Shown: positions 45,878 through 57,225, counted from the whole stretch's first letter. The stretch: 61,347 nt of DNA, filler included, from 14 parts of 14 records of this genome joined end to end with filler, not necessarily neighbours in it; one strand, 5' to 3'. Translations and numbers: made by a program. Notes: generated by a model not told the origin, from the sequence alone.

Positions 45878-48800
45878 ATGGCGTCCGGTGCGGCGGCCGA
45901 ATGGCTCGAAGCCTCGCCGGTGCCCATCCTGGGCCACTTGATCGCCCGGGTGCGAGTGCGCGGTCCGGCCGGCTGGCAATACCTGACCAACGCCCAGCGG
46001 ATCTGGCAGCTCAGCCCCGAGCTAAGCGCCACCGACCCGGCCGCATACGCCCGCGCCCGCTGCTACGCCCAGGAGTACGTGTTTGCGGGGTTCAGCCGGG
46101 TGGGCCGGCTGGTGGTGGCCCCCGCGCCGGAGCCCGGGCTGGAGCTCTACCTGTCGCCGGACTTGCTGCGCGCCGAGCTGCTCCGGCCCGACGGCACCCC
46201 GGTGTCGCTGCGCCCTACGGCGGCCGCGCTTGAGGCTGCACTGCAAGGGTTGTCGCAGCAGCAGACAGCCGACCTGGCCGCGAGTGAGCAGCGATGGGAG
46301 CTGAAGCAACTGAGTCAGTCCCTGGAGGCGGCCCAATTAGCCGAGCCTACCAAGAAACCCAAGTCCGGGTCTGAGAGGCCGTGGCTGTGGCTGGCGGTGC
46401 TGGCGGTGTCACTGCTGCTGATCATGCTGGCGGTGGTGATTGTGCTGGTGTGGATGTGGTTCGAGATGGCGCAGCAAGGGGTGGAGGAGCCCGGGCAGAA
46501 CTATCTGGAAGTGCTCAGCCGGAAGATCGGGTACATTGTCCGCAGCGTTCTCCTCCCACCGAGAGAGGCCACAGATGAGATGATGCACCTAGCAGGCGAA
46601 GACAAGCAAGTTCCGTTTCTGGATGAGCCCTATACTGTCTCGGGCTACGACAGATTTTGGAACCCTGTCGCAGAAATCACTACGTCCAAGATCTGGGAAC
46701 AAAAGTCATACGCACTGGCGCTTGCACAGTACCTGGCTGCAAACCTGGACTCGCACCTGACGGTACCATATCTAGGAATTGGGTTTGGGGACGGCTCACT
46801 CGTTTCAGCGTCCAACTCAGGATGCAAAAAGAGCCACATATGCGTCAGGATACGTGACATGAACGACCTATTCGGCATCGGGAATTGTGTCATGGGTTAC
46901 GAAGTGGATGCGGATGACTACAGCATATTGCTTGATTCAGTGTCTGAGGTCTCCTGCAGCTACGACCCAAGAAACCGAACGTGGTACCAAGACGGCCTCT
47001 CGGTGGGTGACAAGAGCTGGGGCGGTGGCGTGTATCCCTCATACGGCACGGGAAACTTGCTGGTCACGTCCACTGAGCCCTTATTTTCTCACTCACAACA
47101 AAATGAGGCGATTTTGGGCATCAGCATGGCGGACTGTCAATTGTTAGACATTTCAGACTACTTGGCTGAGCATGCGGCAGGCAAGACAGGCGTGACTTAT
47201 GTGTATGAGCGGGATCAAGAGCTAATTGCTGCGTCCCAGGGCAAGCTCTCTAAACGCGATGCGAATGGCACACCTGTGCAGCTCAAAGTGTCCGAGTCTG
47301 ACAATCCTACAATCAGAGAAAGCGTGAAGTACTTGGAATCGCAGGTGGGCGAGGATATTTGGGCAAGTGCTCCTATATCTACCGTTGGGAACGCGCTAAG
47401 CAATACTCCTATGCAACTGACTGTAAAGTACAGCGATGATACATCTCTATCAACCTCGAGCTCTGAAGGGATAAATTGGCTAATGACCGCTACGATCCCA
47501 GCAGTGGACTACTATGGCTTCATTACCTACGAGAACAGCTACGTCTCTTTGACCTTTTTTACTGTGACAGTGATTTTGACTTCTATACTGATGCTGTCAA
47601 CATTGTGGGACTCAAACCCAGTTCAGGCAGGCACACGCCTTCTACACACACGTGCACCTACTGCACTCGCAGTCACTGTATGCGTTTGTGTGTTCCTTTA
47701 TGTATGGTGGCTTAGCACCGCCAAAGATGGGGTGGACGTGATGGCGGTAAAGGCCATGGCTGAAGTTGCTGAATATATTCAGACATATGTCTCGTATAGA
47801 TATGAGACATTGGTCAAGGCAAACAACTACACGACCAATATTTGTAAGACAGGTAGCCTGGTGCTTGACTCTGGGACTGTGGTATCCAACACCTCGTTGG
47901 ATTCATATTTTCTGACTCAGTTGCGCCTCGTGCAGAAATATGGGTCGGTCAATGCGCTCTACATAGGTTTTGAGGACGACGGGAATTTCTTAGGGGCAAC
48001 TACAGAGGCTGGGTGGGGCCAGATGATGGTGCGAGACAGCAGGTCGATAGCAGACGGAGGCACAGATGGTGCGATTGTATATTACAACACCACAGGATCA
48101 GCCGAGTCAGAGATGAGAAACACCAGCGCTTGGACTGCATGGTTCGATGGCTACGATGCGAGGAATCGGCCTTGGTACATTGATGGGAAGGCGCAGAATC
48201 GGTCTGTTGGAGACAACAGCGGGCAAGGCAGCCTTGCGTCGGCATTCTTATGGGACGGCTTCTACACGGATTGTACTGTGACTTCAATGTATGCCAACAG
48301 TCCTGACAGCACACTCATCGGAGTACTTGGAATCGAATCGTGAGCTAGCACCTCTAACTGTCAATTATCTGCTAGACTTATTGGTACTGGTGCAGTATCG
48401 CTCTAGACATAGAGTTGTTGAGTAATGGGATGCAGGGATTTCAATTACATGAACGAACTGCTAGCCAACACGACTCAAATATACCCCCAAGGTGCTGATC
48501 TGTTGGTGCTTCAAGACCGAGGTGAGGTTGTTGGACGGACTAGCAAGCACAACATTATGACAACCTCTACCGGTGGGATCACATTAGTCAACGGTGCGCC
48601 CGCTTCGCCCGCTTGGTACTGACTGCTGGCTTGTAGCAACTAGCATGCGGGATGATGCAGGAAAAAGGGTGACCGAACTCATGAAGCTACATGGCAGCAG
48701 CCTAATTGCGTCACAAGGCATTACCGACATGCAGGGTGAAGTAGCGCTTACCTACACATCTGCTGCTGGGCTTTACATGGACAGTGACTATATCTCCGAA

Positions 48801-50909
48801 GGTGACGCGAATGTTGTCTTTTCTTGATATGGGGTCTTGCAGGGATCATAGATACATTGAACAAATATACCATCTTGGAGGTGATCCCGCGGAAAACATA
48901 CTTTGATACATACGAGACATACGCGAACACCACATTTTCGACGCTGCTGGTCGCTGCTACAATGCTGTTCATCGTTCTAGGTATGGTTGCCAAGCTCAGG
49001 AGCTACATTGTCGGAAACGCAAGCTACCATAACACCAGTCTAGCACTAGGCAGCGACGAAGAGTGCAACGAGATTCCAGTACAAGACAGCGGCGACGAGG
49101 GCAAGGAGAATTCAGTGACGATGATGACGATGAATGTCCTGGCGAACGTGGCACGCTGCATCAGTGACGATGTCATCGACCCAGAGCCTGTGCCGCAGAT
49201 GGGTAATGACGTAGGAGCTATCAAATCAAAAACTGCCAAGGGGCAAGGAAAGTCATTTTCGAACAGCCCAGAAGGGCTCACCTCGATGCATCCTTCTGGT
49301 CAGCCGTGGTTCCGAGGCATCAAGGAGAAAAACAAGAGTACTGCTTCTGAGTCAGAAAGCGAGGCAATTGAACCGCACTCTGTGAGAATTGATGCGAAGC
49401 TTGACGTATCTCCAACTTGCAGTTCCCTGTCTTCTCATGGCACCGGCACATCCATGTCCCATGCTCATCACGTGCATATCGCCAGTGACTCCTCAACTGG
49501 GCATCCTGAGGGCGATAGTGGCTCGTGCGCAAAACTGAGATCTTGGGCCAAGTGTCTGGACCGTTGGATTTTCTGTGGTGGTTGGTATTTCCGTGACCGA
49601 GCAGCTGACCCGCTCGAGTGTGAAGGAGCCGAGCTGGAGCAGCTGACTCGCGTCCGACTTGCGCCTTTGGTCAAGCGCTTGCGCCAGCAGTCGCCAGATC
49701 CCGATTCTCTGAGACAAAAACTAAATACTTTAGCAGTCGACTATCTCTTGCAGATCCAATCTGGCTACCTAGTGTACGATGCTGCAGCAATGGAAGCAAG
49801 GTTGGAGCCAGGAGATTGGCGCATACGAGTGTGCAGGGTCTGGGCATACCACTGGATACAATTAATGCTCAAGGGTATCATGGTTCTATTTGTCCTGACT
49901 GAGTTATGCCCAAAAGACTCTCGATTCGCGCTAGATGTATCTTGTGGTGTGCTGCTCACTGTAGACGGGGTGGTCCGGTACTTGCGTCAGCTGTCAGCAA
50001 ATGGCTGGGTCCGAGGCTCCTCGCTGGCACAAGTGCTAGCTGCGGTGATATTCTGGACCCTGTTGATCTGCATTCCTGATGTGAGCGGTCTTGCAAAGCC
50101 GTTCGTCATTCTGTCTTCGATCCCCGAGCTTAAGGCGGCTATGTCGGTACGATACCATATATCTCCATAAGGCAAACCTGATCTGTAGTTGTCTTGCAGG
50201 TGTTTATCTGGGCCATCGCGGAGTCCATGGCGGTATTCATGCTATTTTTTGTAACGCTATTTCTGTCTGCGATTATGATGCTGCTGCTCTTCCACGGGAA
50301 GTATACACGATCCGCTGCTGTCGGATCTGACGCAACAGACTTTCTTAATACTTTTGTGGCAATGTTTGCTCGCTTGACATCAGCCGATAACTTGACTCAG
50401 ATCGTCGATCCTATGTATGCCCGGGATTCGATCAGCTTTTTGTTTTTTGCTTTCTTTTCAATCGCGGGGATATTCCTTTCGTCAATGGTTTTAGCTGTCT
50501 TCCAGATGCGATTCGAAACAAGTCAAAGCGACATTGCGGTAGTCACATGGCAGCGACAGAATGCGAGCCTGTGTTGTTCGTTTGTGCTTTTGACTTGGGA
50601 ACTAGACATGCGCAGGCATGCTGAGTCCGATGGCCAGCAAATGACGATGGCGATGCCGGATTTTGTGCAAATGATGCTCGAGATTTGGAAGTCAACCAAC
50701 AAACAGCCAGATAGTCCCAGGCTTGAAGCTGCCGAGCCGGTACAACCACCAGGTGGCAGTCAAAAACAGAGTGAGGAGCAGCTGTCTGCACTATGCGAGA
50801 GCTTGAAGAAAGGCAGAGCTCAGTCACACCGGATCCCCTACCAGAAGCTTTTGGCACGAACAATATTTGCAGCCCTGGATGACGACGACAGCGGGACTGT
50901 GGACTGCGA
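45878..50909 (+). CDS. Tandem (TM-dCache-TM)x2 sensor fused to a two-pore-channel-like 6TM ion channel with EF-hand, 4 introns, 3' truncated
   Basis: Cache motifs YDPRNRTWY (46961) and YDARNRPWY (48152), each in a loop flanked by TMs. GT-AG introns near 48340-48435, 48594-48636, 48802-48842 and 50147-50199 keep the frame. Pore/S6 FLNTFVAMFARLTSADNLTQIVDPMY..SFLFFAFFSIAGIFLSSMVLAVFQMRF. EF loop LDDDDSGTVDC at the contig end. Confidence 0.75.
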
Positions 50910-51173
50910 NNNNNNNNNNNNNNNNNNNNNNNNNNNNNNNNNNNNNNNNNNNNTTAATTAATTAANNNNNNNNNNNNNNNNNNNNNNNNNNNNNNNNNNN
51001 NNNNNNNNNGATACTAAGCTTTGTAATTAAAACTCACTTCCAAAATAAAATAGAGCCGGACTTCATCCATTGAAGCCGTCTGGACCCGATCATAACGTAC
51101 GCGTATGCAATGCTGCCTGGGTGTTGCCTAGATGTTGCCTTTCAAGATTGAAAGCAAGATGAGTCTATACAAA

Positions 51174-54100
51174 TCAATCGAGCGCCTCTGTCTCATCCTC
51201 GTCGCCCGCAAATAAGGCACTCTGATGCTCGCGCCACCACTTGGCGAGCTTGGCAGCTTCCCTCCGTCCAGACATGTAGGCCCCGTGCACTGTGTAGCTG
51301 TCGCTGGTGCTGGTCGCCTCTCCAGCAAAGTACAGCCGGGTGCCTACATCTGTTCCCTTGGTGCTGTACTGGCCCTCGTCCAGCTCCGGGTCTCCAGTTA
51401 TGGGTCTGGACAGCATGCCATAATCACTCTTGGTAGCTCCTGCCTTGACAAACGAGTACGAGCCTCGCGAGTACTTGTCAGACTTCCAGCGCGTGACTTG
51501 GTAGTTGAGTGGGGTCTCGTAGTTGGAAAAGAGCTTGCGGAGCACCGACTCAACGTCGGCCATCATCTCACTATCGGACATCTTTTCAACGATGTCAATG
51601 GCGGTTGGCCTGACCCAGGCACACAGCACCTTGTTGTCGAGCAGCGCGTTCATGTTGGCAAATGTGTAATTCCCGAACACAGGACGCAGGAAATGATTCT
51701 CAGTTGGCCAGAACACATTCTCGAACAGCATTGCGACCCGGTTCTCGGTGCCCATCCCCAGCCGCTCAATTGCTTTGCACTTGTTTGATGGGAGCGGAGG
51801 ATCGAACGTCACATTTCCAGCCTTGAGCACTCCCAGAGGTAGAGTCACAATCACTGCATCTGCCTCGTGGACGCTTGCCGCCCCGTGGTCGCCGCCCTGG
51901 TTCAGTGGAACACTGGTTACCTTCACGCCTTTGCCATCCTCGTTGAGCTCAACATGTGTCACCTGACCAGACGCTCAGCTGGACCAACTTTGAGGGAACC
52001 ACCTCCTGCCTGAGATTGATGCCGTTCAGAGGCCCCTCAAATGGCTGCTCTACGGATTCAGGCAGCGTGTAGCCCTGAGCTAGCCTGTTGATAACCTGAG
52101 TGTATCCACCGTTGACCAACTCGTGATTGCCATCATACCTGCCACAGCCACTGTTAGCCTGCGTGCAACTGCAGCACGAGCGACCCTTCAGAAACCATGC
52201 CACGGAGCGAGCACTCCGACATGTCTGCCACGTACAAGTCCGAGAGGTAGCACTTGACCATCTCCTTCACGTCGTCGGGCAGTGGATGCTCCCTGAGGTC
52301 TTGGTCCACTGCCTCCCTCACTGTGTAGTCTGCTTCGACTTTGGTCCCCTCGCCCTGGACTCCGATACGGGCGAGCAGCCCATTATAAGCAGTCTCGGCC
52401 CGCTCGGCCAGATCCAAGCTCACAGTGCTCCCATCGCGCATGTACCTGACCAGCCCAGTGAGACCCGCTAGCATCCCGAACCTCTCACCACTTGTTGCCA
52501 ATCTTTCCAGTTCTCTCCTTGGGAACAATCGTCAGTTTGAACGTGTCAACAGCCAGCTCGTACATTGGATTCACTGGCGGCACCTAGACCAACTGGCTGT
52601 CAGAGGATCAGCCCCACGAGACACACACACCTCAGAGGTGCCACAGATGAACGTGGCCCCAAGGTCAACTGGAACGCTCCCGTCCTTGTCGACACTCAAG
52701 TCAAACGTGTGCATCCGCCCTCCAATCCGATCACGTGCCTCGAGAAGCGTCACTTCGGCGGCGCCCATTGCCTGCAGATCACGGGCGGCTTTGAGTCCCG
52801 ACACGCCAGCGCCCACGATGATCACTCGCAGCCCCTTTGGCATCGGTTTGAACATCTGCCGCGGCTTGGGAGGCGCGTAAGCCTTTCTGACGCGCGATGC
52901 AGCGGCTCTCCGGACGTGGGTCGGTGGAGGTTCAAGCCGATCGGCCCAGCTGGCCAGCTTTTTCTCCCTCGTTTTGTGCTCGACTAGCGCTGCACCAGGC
53001 CCGTCGCGACCGTCTTCGATTGCTCTGAACGCCTTCTGGCACATCAGCTCGTCGTTAAGCGCCCAGAAGAGCGCGTACAGTGTCCGCGACCCAAACTGGT
53101 AGCTCGAAGGATATTTGATTGAGTCAAAGTCGCCATAGCTCTTTGAACGCTCTACTAGTGAGATGTCGTCCGCAGCCGAATCGGCCCAATGCGACTTCTG
53201 GCCTCCAGGCTCGGTGCAGTTGTCACACGCCTGACACCACTCCTCGTGCACACCGTCGTCCCAGGCGGTGTGCCGGGCCTCGGGCTTGATCTGCTCTCCA
53301 GCCCACTTGAGCATCCGAGCACACAGTTTGACCGAACCTTTGCAGGGCGGCGTGGTCATCACTTTGCGGAGGTTTATTTTGAACTCCTCCCACTCCTTTG
53401 TGGTGCCTTCAACCACCGCATCCGGCATCTCCAGCTCCAGCTCCGCCAGCCGCATTGCCACAAACACCACACTCTTGCTCACTTTCACCCCGTCCTCCCC
53501 GTTCGACTGTGCGGCCTGTGCAGCGGTGTAATTGCTCACTGGATAATTAGTCTCCGCGTTCTCAGGTCCCTCGGTGGTGACCTCAATCTCATCGTGCAGC
53601 TTGGCCGCCTCCTCCACAGTATCGCACCGCCCGGCAAACCGCCAGTGCGCGCCGCCCCGGTCTTTCTTCATAGCCACATACTTTCCAGCATACGAGCTAG
53701 ACCAGTGGTTGTCTTCCTGGTCCCAGGCCACCCTGACGCCCCGCCAGCCCGGCACGCAGACCCGGCTGCCTGGGAGATCCTTCCGGTCTTCCAGGTGCCG
53801 CAAGTCGTACTGTTGCCCATCGCGGGTGTCTCCGATCCATGAGCCCACCTTCACTACCACGCTCACCTTGCCTCGTGCATCCCGCTGAATAGCCTGGCCT
53901 CCTCGCGCGAACCCAGCTCCGCACCCCTCTATGCTGCCTGGAGAGCACATCACGTTGGTCTTGAACATGGTGACTGGCTTGCTCCTCTTGCAAACTTGCT
54001 GCGGCCCGGCTTTGCTCTTCTTCTTCACTGGCCTCGGCTTCACCGGCTCTGACAGTGCAGCAGGAGCAGCAGGATCGGTCTGGGCTGGCGGTACAACAGC

Positions 54101-54529
54101 AGCCCGCCGCCGCTTGCTTGTCTCTACAGGCTCGCCCGATTCCGCTTTGAGATCAGCTGATCTGTCGACAGCACCCATCTGCCTCTCCAGAGCGCCGTTC
54201 GAACCATTAGGCTTAGCGGACGAGCCGTTGGCTGCGGCCACTCGCTTCCGCTTCACTGGGGACAGCGACTGTGCCTTATCATCCGGGCTGCTGCCGTGCT
54301 CGATCCGGTCGTTGTGAGCATTCTGCCGCAACCCCCGGTCAGCCGCGCTCGGCCGAGCCACGCACCATGCACTGTTCAGCCGCTTCGTTCCACGCAAAGG
54401 CATCCTCGCTCTTGACCGTCGAGTCCCACTTTTTGGACCAGCCTTCCCAGTGCACATGATACCGGCGCGGCTCCACGCAGCTGACCGGCCCGCCCGGCTG
54501 GTTGGCTTGGGCCGCGTCGGGCTGCGGGG
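51174..54529 (-). CDS. Flavin amine oxidase (LSD1/KDM1/PAO family) with N-terminal Tudor-knot and AP2 domains, 4 or more introns, 5' truncated
   Basis: [79 protein letters not shown]. Upstream: [13 protein letters not shown] (54423-54461) and an AP2-like segment (53528-53749). Confidence 0.85.
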
Positions 54530-54632
54530 NNNNNNNNNNNNNNNNNNNNNNNNNNNNNNNNNNNNNNNNNNNNTTAATTAATTAANNNNNNNNNNNNNNN
54601 NNNNNNNNNNNNNNNNNNNNNNNNNNNNNGCG

Positions 54633-55114
54633 CTATGCGGGGGCGGGCAAGGCATTCGTAACCTCCGGCCATTCGCCGCACAGCGTGATAATATACTCCT
54701 CAAACGATATCTAAATCCACGGCACCCGTCAGCGCCCGCCCCCCGGGCCGCTGCACCTTGCCGTCGCTATTCCGATCAAAAGTGTTGAGCACCGCGCTGA
54801 CCTGCCCCTCCGCTGCTCCAAAGCTAGCACCCGCGGCGACCTCCTGGTGCGTAGGCTCCCGGCCGAGCTGCTGTCGCAGCAGGGCAGGCACTGCGCGGTC
54901 GGCTCAGCACCGCGCCAGGCCCACGGGCGCACACTCCTCCTCCGTGATGAAACCGTCGCCGTCATCGTCGGCCGCGGCGAACTCTGGACCCCGCTCACGG
55001 GCCTGGGGGTGCAGGGGGCGGACCGGCTTTGAACTCGGCCATCTCCTCCGCGCTGATCTGGACCTGCACCGCCGCCCGTCACCCCCAGCTCAGACACTGT
55101 GGAGTGACCACCAT
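54633..55114 (-). CDS. Small calmodulin-like two-EF-hand protein, 5 introns
   Basis: Spliced: M|VQISAEEMAEFKA|EFAAADDDGDGFITEEE|LPALLRQQLGREPTHQE|VSAVLNTFDRNSDGK|ISFEEYIITLCGEWPEVTNALPAPA*. All five junctions are GT-AG. Confidence 0.8.
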
Positions 55115-55202
55115 CACCCACCAACGGAAAAACACAGCGCTTTGAACGTTCCAAGCCGCAGCTCGCTGACCCGCTGGTGAACACAGTGCGCGCTGACCCG
55201 GC

Positions 55203-57134
55203 ATGTTCTACTCGCAGCTCGTGCTCACCAAGCGGGGGCCGCTGGGCCGGATCTGGCTCGCCGCTCACTGGCAGAAGAAGCTCACAAAGTCCCAGGTCAC
55301 CCAGACCAACATCCTTCAGTCCGTGGGTGGCCCGCCCCCCGCCCCGGCCCGCACGCTCACCCGTGGGCAGACGCCATCGCCAAGCCGGACGTCCCGCTCG
55401 CGCTGCGGACCTCGGGGCACCTGCTGCTGGGCGTCGTCCGGATCTTTGAGCGCCAGGCAAAGTACCTGCTGATCGACTGCGGGGATGCGCTACAAAAGTT
55501 CAAACAGGCGATCTGCCGGCCCTCCGGCCCTCTGAGCCGCGGTAACAGGCGTTCCGGACCGATCAGACCGAGCTGGACCCCAAACAAGCCCGTGCGGCCT
55601 TCGACACGGTGCGTCGATCTTAGCCAGCGCTGGGGGTGGACACGCGAGTCTAATGGGCTGCGCTGTAGGTCACCCTGCCCACCGAGGGCGGCTCCATGGT
55701 AGACGACTTGGAGGACTTCGTGGTGGGCTCGCTGCCGTCCAAGTGAGCCGCCGCCCGCCGGGCGACTGGTCACGGCTGTTGTTGCAGCAACTTCTTTGAC
55801 GTCGACTCTAACCAAGCGCGGCGCGAGGACATCACGCTGCAGGAGGGCCAAGATCGGCTGTCCTCGCAGCTCAGCCGGTGGCTCGGGCCGGCGCGTGGCG
55901 GGCGCTGAGCGCGCGCAGGTCCAATTCGATGATGGTGGATGAGATGTTTGACGTGGGCCGCGGCGAGGTCCTGGCGTTCGATGGCAAGCACGCGACCAAC
56001 CCCGAAGACGACCTGTCTCCCGAGCAGCTGCGTGACTTCAACGTGGACTTCGTCAACCCGGTGAGCAGCCCCGCCCAGAGTGGGCCTCACTTGGAGGCAG
56101 ATCGAGATGCTGCCAGAGAATGATTTTGGTATCGAGCAACCCGAAGATCTCCAGCTCGAAATGGAGCGGTGGGCCGGCGCCTGCGGCCGGGCCTGACTGT
56201 GCGGGTCAGCGGCACCCCCGGATCCAGGTCAGCGCCTGGGTCGGTGATCTCGCACCCTCAGGATCCTGAAGCACTGGAGGAATATGACTACGGCCTCCAA
56301 CAGAACGTCGGCCAGGTGCAGCTGAAGCGAGGCAGCGGAGTGCTGATTGACCAGTCCACGGAGATGAGCACCAGCGAGATCCGCGAAATGCTCAAGGACA
56401 CCTCGGGCATCATCGCGAAGCCACAGCTGCTCGGGCTCCCATCGAGGTCGAAGCGGCTTCGTGTGTCGGCCCCGAGGCTCCGGGAGCCCATGGTGACAGC
56501 CTTCCCCGCTGTGGTGTGCGCCATGCTGCAACACAAGCTCGCAACCGACGCGAACGTGCCCGACGTGGAGAAGAGCCGGCGTGCACGTGACATGAACGCT
56601 GCAGGGCCTGCAGACTCGACTGCTGTACACACCCCGGGCCTTCTGGATGACGGGGCTCGGCTCGAAGCAGAGGGCTCGATAGACGCGCCGGGCACCATTG
56701 GAAGCTTTGGCGGAGCTGAGGAGATATCGGCTGGGCCAGAGGACTTTGAGATCCCGATGGGCGGCTCGGAGCTGAACGGAGTGAGTAGCATAGAAGAAAA
56801 CGAGACTTCGAATTATCCGATGGAAGCAACGGTCTCGGATGGTCCAGCCAGCGAGGCGGCCGACGGTGGGAACAAGGACGGGTTTACCGTCAACACCAAG
56901 GCGATGGTCAGCTCTCTGCAGGAGATCTTTGAGAAGCAGGATAGTGTGAACCTCCAAGAGGTGTTGGGATCGCGGCTGGCCACCACGCAGGGTCGGCGGA
57001 CGAGGGTGGCCGCACAGAGCTTCTACGAAATGCTGGTGCTCAAGAGCAAGGATTTCCTGCACCTGGAGCAGTTGGCGCCCTACACGGATATCACAGTGGC
57101 TCCGACCGAAAAGCTGGCCGACTTCCACTTTTGA
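55203..57134 (+). CDS. RAD21: Cohesin kleisin subunit Rad21/Scc1, multi-exon
   Basis: [59 protein letters not shown] (GC-AG intron 55508-55548), C-terminal winged helix [23 protein letters not shown]. Confidence 0.95.
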
Positions 57135-57154
57135 TTCCAGTCCTTTCATGACGG

Positions 57155-57225
57155 TGTCACGTCGATGGCTCATGGCGATTCATGATGGTGTCGTGAACGC
57201 GATGTCACGCCGATGGCTCATGGCG
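57155..57225 (+). repeat. 23-nt direct repeat (1 mismatch) just downstream of the RAD21 stop
   Basis: tgtcacg(t/c)cgatggctcatggcg at 57155-57177 and 57203-57225. Confidence 0.7.

Noticed and set aside
314-55901. Tiny introns as Introner-like transposable elements
   Set aside because: The traced introns share length and composition but not sequence or terminal inverted repeats. AG|G at both ends is ordinary proto-splice context.
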